Assembly: GCA_035575695.1 (NCBI GenBank)
Contig: DATLXP010000101.1
Span: 1 to 55,849, forward strand
Direction: 5' to 3'
DNA: 55,849 bases
Origin: Vicinamibacterales bacterium
GTDB taxonomy: Bacteria > Acidobacteriota > Vicinamibacteria > Vicinamibacterales > 2-12-FULL-66-21
The notes beneath the pieces were generated by a model. The model was given only the letters and a program-made list of their open reading frames with translations, had not been told where the DNA came from and did not search any database. How positions within the stretch are numbered: the first letter of the stretch is position 1; each line of letters begins with the position of its first letter. A program made the position numbers and the translations under genes. Below, one piece after another: positions 16,641 through 26,201 of this stretch.

Positions 16641-17150
16641 ATGGAGCGACCAGTTCACCGGGGCGCGATCGCCGGTGTCCTCGTTCTTCTGATTGCCTGC
16701 CTGGGTTGCGGGACGCCCGACGAGTCCGCAGCAACCCCTGCGGGCGCATCAGACACCGCGGCGAGCGCGCCGAAGGATCCCTGCGTGCTTCTGACGGCAG
16801 ATGACGCACGCACGGCGCTCGGCGTCGACGTCGAGCGCACCGATCCGCCAAACATAAGCGGAATGTCGATGTGCCAGTACATGGCGGACAACAGCGAAAG
16901 CGTCACACTGCAGTTCCGCGCTGCGGCCCCCAGTGAGTTCGACGAGTACGTCAAACGGTCCGCCGACTTGTTCGGCGCAAGCGTGCAGCCAGTTGCCGGC
17001 GTCGGAGAGCGCGCCGTGATGGTCGGCGATCAGTTCCTGGTCAGGAACAAGGGTCGTATGTACGTGCTGATGCTCGGCAAGAACCTGCCGGCTGCCGAAA
17101 AGACGGAGCGCACGAAGCATCTCGCGTCGGCTGTGCTCGGCCGGATCTGA
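16641..17150 (+). CDS. putative lipoprotein (DUF3558-like; paralog of 18351-18898)
   Basis: Signal peptide with lipobox LIAC. Conserved DPCVLLTADDARTALG ... MCQYM motif is shared with the downstream paralog. Confidence 0.7.
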   Translation: MERPVHRGAIAGVLVLLIACLGCGTPDESAATPAGASDTAASAPKDPCVLLTADDARTALGVDVERTDPPNISGMSMCQYMADNSESVTLQFRAAAPSEFDEYVKRSADLFGASVQPVAGVGERAVMVGDQFLVRNKGRMYVLMLGKNLPAAEKTERTKHLASAVLGRI

Positions 17151-17151
17151 C

Positions 17152-18342
17152 GTGACGTCGCGCGCGACAGCGTCCCTGATCGTGCTCGCGGTAATTGGTG
17201 CCGCGTGCCGCGCACCGCACGAACCCTCCGGCGACAAGCCCGTGCCGCCGGCCGCGAGCGCGGCGCCATCTTCGACGCTTGCGCCCGAGGGTGGCTTCGC
17301 CGTCGACGATCGCGTCGCGCCGGCGGTGGCCATCCCTCTCCGAGAAGATCTGACGGTCGTCACCGCCATCAACTCCGTACCCGGCGACTACGAGTCAATC
17401 AAGCGGATCGATGCTGTGTCCGCGAAGGGCATCCGGCTCACGTACTCAGCCGAGCACCCCGGCGACGCCGGCAGCGTGACGCGGACGCGCGCCCGCCGTG
17501 TCGTGGCGCGCGCGGACCTCGACACCGCCCGCGCGTATCGGCAGGGTTTCGGCAACAATGACGAGGACGAATACCCCGGGTCGACGGCGCTGGGCGCATC
17601 CACGCTGATCCTGAACGAGCTCAAGACGTCGGGCACGTCGCAGTTCAAGGTCATGGCCGGAGGCGTGCAGGGAATATTGACGGGCGTCCTTGGCGGCTTT
17701 CTCGGGGGCGGCGGCGACGACGACCTGGCGCTGGCCGATGGGACGCTAACGCGCGTCGGTTCGCTGCGAATCCCGGTCGTCGTCAATGACGCGCCGATGC
17801 TGTTGCCAAGCGTTCAGGCGCGCGGCGTCTTTGGTGATGAGGAGGTCGAATTCGTCTTTCTCGACGATCCGGCGAATCCCCTGGCCCTGCGCTGGCGCAT
17901 GGGCGGAGAGGCGCTTCAAGTCATCAAAATCGCGTTCCCGGCGGCGACGCCGGCGGCGCAGGTGATCGCTCGAGAATTGCGCACCGACGGGCGGGCCGAA
18001 GTACATGGCATCTACTTCGATTTCGGCAGCGCGACCCTGCGGGCCGAATCGGATGTCGCGCTGAAGCAGATCGCCGATGCGCTCGGCGCGGACCGTGCAT
18101 GGCGGGTGCAGATGGAAGGGCATACCGACAGCATAGGCACGGCGGAGCGCAACCAATCCCTGTCCGAAGCGCGCGCAGCGGCAGTGAAAGGCGCGCTCGT
18201 CAGCCGGTTCGGCATTGCCGCCGACCGCCTGACGACGACGGGATACGGCGCGACGAGGCCGAAGGCGCCGAACGACACGCTGGTCGGCCGCGCGAGAAAC
18301 CGGCGGGTAGAGCTCGTACGCGTCAGCCCGAATACGGAGTGA
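17152..18342 (+). CDS. OmpA-family peptidoglycan-binding protein with an uncharacterised N-terminal domain
   Basis: C-terminal OmpA domain (FDFGSATLR...GHTDSIGTAERNQSLSEARAAAV...NRRVEL). N-terminal signal or lipoprotein-like LAVIGAAC. GTG lies 1 nt after the upstream stop. Confidence 0.85.
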   Translation: MTSRATASLIVLAVIGAACRAPHEPSGDKPVPPAASAAPSSTLAPEGGFAVDDRVAPAVAIPLREDLTVVTAINSVPGDYESIKRIDAVSAKGIRLTYSAEHPGDAGSVTRTRARRVVARADLDTARAYRQGFGNNDEDEYPGSTALGASTLILNELKTSGTSQFKVMAGGVQGILTGVLGGFLGGGGDDDLALADGTLTRVGSLRIPVVVNDAPMLLPSVQARGVFGDEEVEFVFLDDPANPLALRWRMGGEALQVIKIAFPAATPAAQVIARELRTDGRAEVHGIYFDFGSATLRAESDVALKQIADALGADRAWRVQMEGHTDSIGTAERNQSLSEARAAAVKGALVSRFGIAADRLTTTGYGATRPKAPNDTLVGRARNRRVELVRVSPNTE

Positions 18343-18350
18343 ACCCATTG

Positions 18351-18898
18351 ATGACGACACGATTCGCACAACTTGGCTTGATGGCGATCCTGCAGCGGGC
18401 TGCGGCGGAGCGGCGGAGTCCGAGGCCGACAAGCCGGCGGCTCAGGGCGCGGCAGCCGCGCCTCGCAACGCCTGCGCGCTGATCACCGCGGAGGAAGCAA
18501 CAGCGATTCTCGGCAGCCCAGTCAGCGTGACGTCACGCTCCGCGTCGGCCGCGCGCTCGGTCTGCGACTACATGCAAGCCGGCGGCGCCGGCGCCACATC
18601 GTTTCAGAGCTTCACGCTCGAGGCCGTCTGGAGCGGCGCCGAGGAGGACATCAGGACCGCGCGCAGCGCCGCGAAGGTGGCCACCGGAGCAGCCGGCGGC
18701 CGGCAGGACGATGTTGTGGCCGACGTGATGGGCCTCAATCGTGTCGATGGCCTTGGCGACGAGGCCTACTTCGCTCGCCGCACGATGTCCTACGTCCGCA
18801 AGGGCGACACGCTGCTCGTCTTTCACAACGCCGGGCTCGATGAACCCGCGCGCGACAACTGGGAAAAGCTCGCACGCGCCGCGCTCGCGCGGCTCTAA
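18351..18898 (+). pseudogene. DUF3558-like lipoprotein paralog with an apparent 1-nt frame disruption near 18390
   Basis: ATG 18351 in frame 0 encodes MTTRFAQLGLMAIL. The lipobox AAGC and the conserved NACALITAEEATAILG...VCDYM continue in frame 2, which has no canonical start between the stop at 18308 and GTG 18527. The span is 548 nt, which is not a multiple of 3. Confidence 0.7.
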
Positions 18899-18902
18899 CG
18901 AC

Positions 18903-19490
18903 ATGACTGCCATGCCACTTCGCCGACGCGCGACCCTCCTCACGCTTGCCGCCGTGCTCAGCGTCCCCATCGGGGCACGCGCGCAGGCGACGCCGGAGTC
19001 GCCCACCGTCCACACGCTCACGCTCGAGAAGCACACCGACATCCCCAACGGCCGCATCGTCATGGTCGAGGGCGACGCCGATGCCGGCGGCGTGCGGTTC
19101 GTGGTCAACAAGCTGTCGATCCTTCAGCCGGTGGCGGTCATGCTCGTCTCGCCCGGCAGCAGCGAGGATCTCCAGCTCTCGCTCTGGAAATATGCGGAGG
19201 ACGACGTCGCGCGCCAGGGCTCGACCCGCGGCAGTGGTATGGTCTCGTTTCAGCTGCGCACCGAGGACGACCTGCAGATCCGCGTGGCGTCGCCGGAGGG
19301 GTCGAAGAAATACCGGCTCGCCGTGTGGGCGGGTGACGAGGTGGATCTGCCCGTGCCGTCCCCGTTCGTCTCGCAGGCGGGATTCAGCGGCTCCAGCGGA
19401 ACGCCGTCGATTCTTTACGTGCTCACAGCCGGCGTGCTGGTGATTGCGGTCCTGCTCGGGGTGATGGTGATGCGGAGGAAGAAGGCATGA
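18903..19490 (+). CDS. exported hypothetical protein with a C-terminal membrane anchor
   Basis: N-terminal signal (MTAMPLRRRATLLTLAAVLSVPIGARA) and a C-terminal TM plus RRKKA tail. Starts 4 nt after the upstream stop. Confidence 0.65.
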   Translation: MTAMPLRRRATLLTLAAVLSVPIGARAQATPESPTVHTLTLEKHTDIPNGRIVMVEGDADAGGVRFVVNKLSILQPVAVMLVSPGSSEDLQLSLWKYAEDDVARQGSTRGSGMVSFQLRTEDDLQIRVASPEGSKKYRLAVWAGDEVDLPVPSPFVSQAGFSGSSGTPSILYVLTAGVLVIAVLLGVMVMRRKKA

Positions 19491-20203
19491 TGACGATGTC
19501 CAAGCGATTGGCGTTCCTGATTCCTGCTGTGGCGTTGCTTGCCCTGCCGCGCGCCGTCGGCGGCGAGCCGACGCCGAGCTTCATCCCCGGTAGTGGCTGG
19601 ATCATGGAAGCGGGGAAGGCGGCCACGGGCGGCACGACGGGCGGTCTCCCGGGAAAGGCAATGGGGTGGATCAACGACGCCTTCGGCAAGGGTGGAAAGG
19701 CGGGTGCCGAGGCGCTCGCGGCGTACGAGCCGCTGACTAAGGGGGATAAGGCCGCCGATCCGAACCATCAGCCTTCGGGCTCGCCGAAGGTGCCGTCGCA
19801 TTGCACCGCGCCGGACGGCACGAAGACCGAAGGCTGCAACGACTGCTACGCCGCCGCGTACCGCAAGCTGACGGCGGTGCGGACGGCGCTCGAAAAGCTG
19901 CGCCGCGTCGGCGCGACCACGCGCGCCTTCTCGGCCAAGAGCATCGCATTCGGCGATTCGGTGTCGGGTGTGCACGGCGTCGCCGGACTCGGGTGGCAGC
20001 CCGAGCGCGCGAAGATTGAGGCGTCGCTCACGCAATTCGAGAAGGCGTACGACGCCAAGTACGTCGAGTTGATGGGCCTGCTCGAAGTGGCGTTGAAGGA
20101 CATCGGCCAGTGCGAGGCGAAGCACTTCAACCAGGCGGACTGGTACGACCGCTACGGCTTCATCTATTACACGTTCATGGCCGATCGGTACCGGGGGCAG
20201 TAA
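19487..20203 (+). CDS. secreted hypothetical protein (Cys-containing)
   Basis: ATGA overlap with the upstream gene. Signal peptide MSKRLAFLIPAVALLALPRAVGG. Five Cys residues in the mature part. No family recognised. Confidence 0.65.
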   Translation: MMTMSKRLAFLIPAVALLALPRAVGGEPTPSFIPGSGWIMEAGKAATGGTTGGLPGKAMGWINDAFGKGGKAGAEALAAYEPLTKGDKAADPNHQPSGSPKVPSHCTAPDGTKTEGCNDCYAAAYRKLTAVRTALEKLRRVGATTRAFSAKSIAFGDSVSGVHGVAGLGWQPERAKIEASLTQFEKAYDAKYVELMGLLEVALKDIGQCEAKHFNQADWYDRYGFIYYTFMADRYRGQ

Positions 20204-20206
20204 CCC

Positions 20207-20710
20207 ATGCGCCTGTTACTGTGCGGGCTCGCGTTGAGCGTGGCCACACAAGCGCCTTCGCAGACGCCGCTCGATCGCCTGATCTCCGCGAAACGGATCG
20301 GCTCGATCCAGCTCGGCATGACGCTGGGCGAGGCAAGGAAGGCCGCGCCCGCGGCGGCCTTCAATCGCAGGTCGGACGGGGACGGCGCCGCTCTGGTCGA
20401 AATCACCATTGCACCCAGGGTCTCGATCACCGCGTGGGCGGAGGAAGACGACCCGGAAGCGCCGATCGACTGGTCGAAGCGCATCCGCTCGCTCGAGACC
20501 TTCAGTGCGGCCTTCCGAACGGCGGACGGTGCGCGACCGGGCGCCCGCGTCAGCGAGCTCACGCGCCTCTACGGACCCACGAGGACGATCGACACAACCG
20601 AGATGGAATCGCGCGAATACATCACCTTCGCCAGGCATCCGGAGCGTCTGCGGTTCAGGCTCGATGAGACGCGGCGCGCCATTCTGTCGATTAGCGTGTC
20701 GTCATTCTGA
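20207..20710 (+). CDS. secreted hypothetical protein
   Basis: Starts 3 nt after the upstream stop. Signal peptide MRLLLCGLALSVATQA. Confidence 0.6.
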   Translation: MRLLLCGLALSVATQAPSQTPLDRLISAKRIGSIQLGMTLGEARKAAPAAAFNRRSDGDGAALVEITIAPRVSITAWAEEDDPEAPIDWSKRIRSLETFSAAFRTADGARPGARVSELTRLYGPTRTIDTTEMESREYITFARHPERLRFRLDETRRAILSISVSSF

Positions 20711-20720
20711 CGGTGCCTGA

Positions 20721-21383
20721 ATGAGAATCATCGAGCAGACGGCGGGAACGCTGGTCCTCCAGGAGAAACCCCGGCTGGTCTCGCTGGTCGGCGGCCTGTT
20801 CGTCGTGGCCGGCACCGGGGTCGCGCTTGGATCGGATGAGCGCCTGTTCGGCGCCGCGTTCGCGGCTGCCGGCGCCGCGATCATTCTGGTCTTCGCCAAT
20901 ACCGTCACGGTCACGTTCAATCGCACGACCGGACGTTTCACGCGCGCGGTCAGGGGACTGGTGCGCAACCGCGAGACGACGCTTCCGCTTGCCGCGATCA
21001 CCGGCGTCGATGTCGAGGGGAGCGCGTCCGCCGATCCCTCGCGCGCGTATCGCGTGACGCTGAGGCAGTCCTCGGGCGCTCGCGTGCCGCTCACCGACTC
21101 GTACGGCAGCGGCAGGGAGGACAAGGAGCAGATCGCATCGGCGATTCGACAGTTTCTGAGCCTTCCGGATGCCGCCGGCGCCATGCCTGGTTTCGCCGAA
21201 ATGGCAGAAATGATCTTCGATCCGAATGCCGTCGAACGCCTGGCCGAGATCCTTGACGCTCAGCCTGGTCAGGGCCGGCAGCATGTCGCAGCGGCGCGCG
21301 AGCGCGCCGTGCGGCGCGGCGATTCCGCGCTTGTGGCGCAACTCGACGCGATGCTGAACCAGGTGGACGGCAAGTCGCGCTGA
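20721..21383 (+). CDS. hypothetical membrane protein (N-terminal TM hairpin, soluble C-terminal domain)
   Basis: Two hydrophobic segments within residues ~20-60. Last gene of the operon. Confidence 0.6.
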   Translation: MRIIEQTAGTLVLQEKPRLVSLVGGLFVVAGTGVALGSDERLFGAAFAAAGAAIILVFANTVTVTFNRTTGRFTRAVRGLVRNRETTLPLAAITGVDVEGSASADPSRAYRVTLRQSSGARVPLTDSYGSGREDKEQIASAIRQFLSLPDAAGAMPGFAEMAEMIFDPNAVERLAEILDAQPGQGRQHVAAARERAVRRGDSALVAQLDAMLNQVDGKSR

Positions 21384-21472
21384 CGCAGATACCTCGGATG
21401 AGCAGGGAGACGTGGCTGGCCCTGTTCGCCCTCGTGTGGCTCGGCTGGCTGGTGGTGACCGATATCGGGAAG

Positions 21473-21506
21473 AAAAAAGGCCGGCCGGGATTTCTCCAGG
21501 CCGGCC
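21473..21506 (-). terminator. rho-independent terminator of groESL
   Basis: On the minus strand: GGCCGGCC, 12-nt loop, GGCCGGCC, then TTTTTT. About 85 nt downstream of the groEL stop. Confidence 0.75.
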
Positions 21507-21549
21507 AAACAACGAAGAACACAGAACTCAGAACACCAGAACTCAGAAC
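21499..21549. repeat. copy 2 of the GGCCGGCC-heptamer-repeat module
   Basis: GGCCGGCC AAACAACGAAGAAC ACAGAAC TCAGAAC ACCAGAAC TCAGAAC. Matches 16142-16185. Confidence 0.85.
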
Positions 21550-21590
21550 GCCTGAGCGTTCGCTGTTCGATGTTTTTCATTCTGCATTTC

Positions 21591-23258
<1,668 letters not shown>

Positions 23259-23262
23259 CTAA

Positions 23263-23296
23263 CGCCCGACCTTAACGCCCGACCTGAAGGCCGGGC
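23263..23296. repeat. CCTGAAGG-centred hairpin with a duplicated left arm (groES-groEL spacer)
   Basis: CGCCCGACCT (23263-23272) is repeated at 23276-23285. Hairpin GCCCGACC-TGAA-GGCCGGGC at 23277-23296. Near-identical hairpin at 31380-31399. Confidence 0.7.
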
Positions 23297-23311
23297 CCAC
23301 TGCAATCGGGC

Positions 23312-23623
23312 CTACTTCGTGATGACGCCGAGGATCTCTTCCTCGCGCATGATCAGGTACTCCGTGCCCTCGAGCTTGATCTCCTGGCCCGAGTACTTCC
23401 CGAAGAGGATCGTGTCGCCTTCCTTCACGTCGAGCGGCGTCACCTTGCCGTCCTTCTCGACCTTGCCCTTGCCGACGGCAATGACCTTCCCCTGCTGGGG
23501 CTTTTCTTTGGCCGAATCCGGGATGATGATCCCGCCGACCTTCTGCTCGCCCTCTTCGATTCGCAGCACGATGACTCGATCGTGCAAGGGGCGAATTCCA
23601 ACTGCGGACTTCGTGGCTGCCAT
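23312..23623 (-). CDS. groES: co-chaperonin GroES
   Basis: [42 protein letters not shown] is canonical GroES. ATG 23623 preferred over the track's GTG 23635. Confidence 0.95.
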   Translation of the reverse strand: MAATKSAVGIRPLHDRVIVLRIEEGEQKVGGIIIPDSAKEKPQQGKVIAVGKGKVEKDGKVTPLDVKEGDTILFGKYSGQEIKLEGTEYLIMREEEILGVITK

Positions 23624-23706
23624 GTTGCGCGTCACTCCGGTAATAACGATTGTTGACGGTAGAACGAAGGAAAACCTTAGGAATTATCCCTGGTAGGCCC
23701 TGCGAG

Positions 23707-23733
23707 GTAGCACTCGCCAGGCCCGACTGCTAA
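23707..23733 (-). promoter_or_regulatory. CIRCE operator (HrcA site), promoter-proximal copy
   Basis: Minus strand reads TTAGCAGTC-N9-GAGTGCTAC, against the consensus TTAGCACTC-N9-GAGTGCTAA. Abuts the -10 box. Confidence 0.8.
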
Positions 23734-23761
23734 GTGTATGGAAGTGCGTGAGCGGTGTCAA
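23733..23761 (-). promoter_or_regulatory. sigma-70-type groESL promoter, TTGACA-17 nt-TACACT
   Basis: On the minus strand: TTGACA (23761-23756), 17-nt spacer, TACACT (23738-23733). Confidence 0.7.
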
Positions 23762-23785
23762 GCACTCGGGGGTGAGGACTGCTAA
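23759..23785 (-). promoter_or_regulatory. CIRCE operator, distal copy overlapping the -35 box
   Basis: Minus strand reads TTAGCAGTC-N9-GAGTGCTTG. The right arm overlaps TTGACA. Confidence 0.7.
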
Positions 23786-23805
23786 TGCGAGAAGGGGGTG
23801 CGCCG

Positions 23806-24012
23806 TCAGGTGCGCTTGATTCGATATTCCGTCATCTTCCGGGCCACCGTATTGCGATGGATGCCGAGGAGCTCAGCCGCATCGCCGACGTTGCCCTTCG
23901 ACCTCTGCAGCGCACGCGCGATGAACATCTTCTCGAATTCGCGTCGCGCTTCGTCGTACAGGATGCCCTTGTCGAGCATCTCCCGGACGAGTGTCTCGAG
24001 CTGGTCCCGCAC
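23806..24012 (-). CDS. Fis-family helix-turn-helix DNA-binding protein (68 aa)
   Basis: C-terminal Fis-type HTH (GNVGDAAELLGIHRNTVARKMTEY). Starts 4 nt after the purC stop. Confidence 0.75.
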   Translation of the reverse strand: MRDQLETLVREMLDKGILYDEARREFEKMFIARALQRSKGNVGDAAELLGIHRNTVARKMTEYRIKRT

Positions 24013-24016
24013 AGGA

Positions 24017-24946
24017 CTACCGGAGCTCGCGTCCCGACAGCAGCGTAAAGGCCTCGACGTACTTCTCGCGGGTTCGTTGAATCACGTCGTCAGGCAGAGA
24101 GGGGACCGGCGGCTGCTTGTTCCACTGGATGTCTTCGAGGTAATCACGGACGAACTGCTTGTCGAAGCTCGGCACGCCGTGCCCCGGGGCATAGGAAGCC
24201 CGCGGCCAGAAACGCGACGAATCCGGCGTCAGCACTTCGTCGATCAAGACGACATCGGTTCGAGGATCACCCGCCCCGACGAGCCCGAACTCGAACTTGG
24301 TGTCGGCGATGATGATGCCCTTCGATTCCGCGTGCTCGCAGCCGCGGCGATACAACTCGAGCGTGAGCGCCTTGAGGCGCGCCACGAGATCCCGGCCGAT
24401 GATCCGGCCGGCTTCGTCTTCACTGATGTTGACGTCGTGTCCCGAGTCGGCCTTGGTGGCCGGGGTGAAGATCGGTTCCGGCAGGCGATCGGACTCGCGC
24501 AGGCCTTTCGGGAGCTCGATGCCGCAGACGCTCCCGGTCTGCTGGTATTCCTTCCAGCCCGAGCCGGACAGATACCCTCGGGCCACGCACTCGACCGGCA
24601 CGGGATTCGTGAGGCGGCACAGCATCGTGCGTCCGCGAAGGACGTCCGCATGCGCGCGCGCGGCCGCCGGGAATTCGTCCACGTCCATCGTGAGCAGGTG
24701 GTGGGGCACCAGATCGCCCATCTTCTCGAACCAGAAGTCCGACAGCTGGGTGAGCACCTTGCCTTTGTCCGGAATGCCCGACCCGAGCACGTAGTCGAAC
24801 GCAGAAATGCGATCGGTCGCTATCATCAGGAGCGCCGTGTCGCCTGACGTCAGGGTCACTTCATAGACGTCGCGCACCTTACCGCGGCGATGCAGCGTCA
24901 AGCCGTCAAGTGACGTGTGGAGGATTGGTGTTGAAGTGGAAATCAC
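24017..24946 (-). CDS. purC: phosphoribosylaminoimidazole-succinocarboxamide synthase
   Basis: GKVRDVY, the LIDEVLTPDSSRFW motif and overall length typical of long-form SAICAR synthase. Confidence 0.9.
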   Translation of the reverse strand: MISTSTPILHTSLDGLTLHRRGKVRDVYEVTLTSGDTALLMIATDRISAFDYVLGSGIPDKGKVLTQLSDFWFEKMGDLVPHHLLTMDVDEFPAAARAHADVLRGRTMLCRLTNPVPVECVARGYLSGSGWKEYQQTGSVCGIELPKGLRESDRLPEPIFTPATKADSGHDVNISEDEAGRIIGRDLVARLKALTLELYRRGCEHAESKGIIIADTKFEFGLVGAGDPRTDVVLIDEVLTPDSSRFWPRASYAPGHGVPSFDKQFVRDYLEDIQWNKQPPVPSLPDDVIQRTREKYVEAFTLLSGRELR

Positions 24947-25003
24947 GACGAGCTCGGGGGAGCGACAGGAAGCTTACCGGCGCGGGTCGCAGACGTCAAA
25001 TCG

Positions 25004-26149
25004 TTACCGGGACCTCAACACAATGTCCCCGCGTGATGCGCGGATCGTGACCGTGGGGCCGCCGCCGCGGACAGATGCGGCGGCGCGGAACTCCTGCCGC
25101 CCGTCGTCGCCCGACGCGCCGTTGCCAACCACCTTTACCCCAGCCTTCTCCAGTGCGGGATCCGCGGTCAGCCGACCCGAAGCCGACACCGCGTCGAGTG
25201 TGAACCCGTTGGCGGGCACGGTGAACTCGATCGACTCGTCCCCTTCGTTGTAGATGGACAGCATCGCGGCGGCGGGTTGATCGACCCGGATGTCCGTGTC
25301 GCGTCCGTCGATCCGCATCTCCGTCTGTACGCCAGCCACGACGACCTCGCCGTTGGTCGCATTGAACCGGAGGGCCCGGCGGTTGTTCTCCATCTTCTGG
25401 AAGCGGACGTCGGTGTTGCGCGCTTCGACGTCGATCCCTCCATCGATCTCCTCGGCGCGCAACTCTCCGCCCTGCAGCGTAAAGTTTGCATCGCCGTGCA
25501 CCTTCGAGACCCTGGCCTCGGCTCCGCTGAAGGTCGTCATCTTCACGCTGCCGACATCGGTGATCGTGATCGTGCTGCCGCGCTGCAGGACCTGCACGGC
25601 ACCCGGCACGTTCGAGATGACCGACTCGCCGCGCCCGGTTCCCACGATGACGCTGGCGACGTCGCGCACCTTGAGGATGCCGTTCTTCTCGTCGATCCGG
25701 ATGCCAAGACGCCTGGGTACCCGGATGTCGATGGAGGACCGCTGTTGTCCCGGGTCGGGGTAGTCGACCTTCGCGATGAGCATGGCGCCCGCTTCGTCGA
25801 ACTTCACCGTGGTGGCCTGTGCCAGGCGGTTGGCTTCGGCGTCGTCGACGCCGTTCGACGTCACGGAGAGGTTGACCTGGATGTCGGCGCGGTCCTCGCC
25901 GGTCACCGTGATCGCGCCGCTCCGCATGACGATCCGCATCTCCCGGAGCGAGTCCGGGGCCTTCACGGTCGAGTTCGTGGCGACCTTCGCCGAGGCGCGG
26001 CTCCCTCGGACTTCCTTCCGGACGTGCTGGAGCATCTTGCCGAAGGACCAGCGCGGGCGTGACGTATCGACGGGGGGGGCGGTGAACTGATACACCGACA
26101 CCCCGAGGATGATGAACGCCGCAGCCAGCAATAACTCACGTTTTCCCAT
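25004..26149 (-). CDS. DUF4097-like beta-strand repeat protein (putative adhesin fold), membrane anchored
   Basis: N-terminal TM followed by repeated short beta-strand units (V.V....G.I.V). Family assignment by resemblance only. Confidence 0.6.
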   Translation of the reverse strand: MGKRELLLAAAFIILGVSVYQFTAPPVDTSRPRWSFGKMLQHVRKEVRGSRASAKVATNSTVKAPDSLREMRIVMRSGAITVTGEDRADIQVNLSVTSNGVDDAEANRLAQATTVKFDEAGAMLIAKVDYPDPGQQRSSIDIRVPRRLGIRIDEKNGILKVRDVASVIVGTGRGESVISNVPGAVQVLQRGSTITITDVGSVKMTTFSGAEARVSKVHGDANFTLQGGELRAEEIDGGIDVEARNTDVRFQKMENNRRALRFNATNGEVVVAGVQTEMRIDGRDTDIRVDQPAAAMLSIYNEGDESIEFTVPANGFTLDAVSASGRLTADPALEKAGVKVVGNGASGDDGRQEFRAAASVRGGGPTVTIRASRGDIVLRSR

Positions 26150-26201
26150 AGACTTGGCGGGACTGTTATAGGATTCTAATCCCGAACTTCAACAAATCTT
26201 C

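Noticed and set aside
19380-19490. C-terminal TM plus RRKKA tail of the 18903-19490 product as a PEP-CTERM or sortase-type sorting signal.
   Set aside because: No PEP, LPXTG or GlyGly-type motif precedes the TM helix. A simple C-terminal membrane anchor is the more economical reading.
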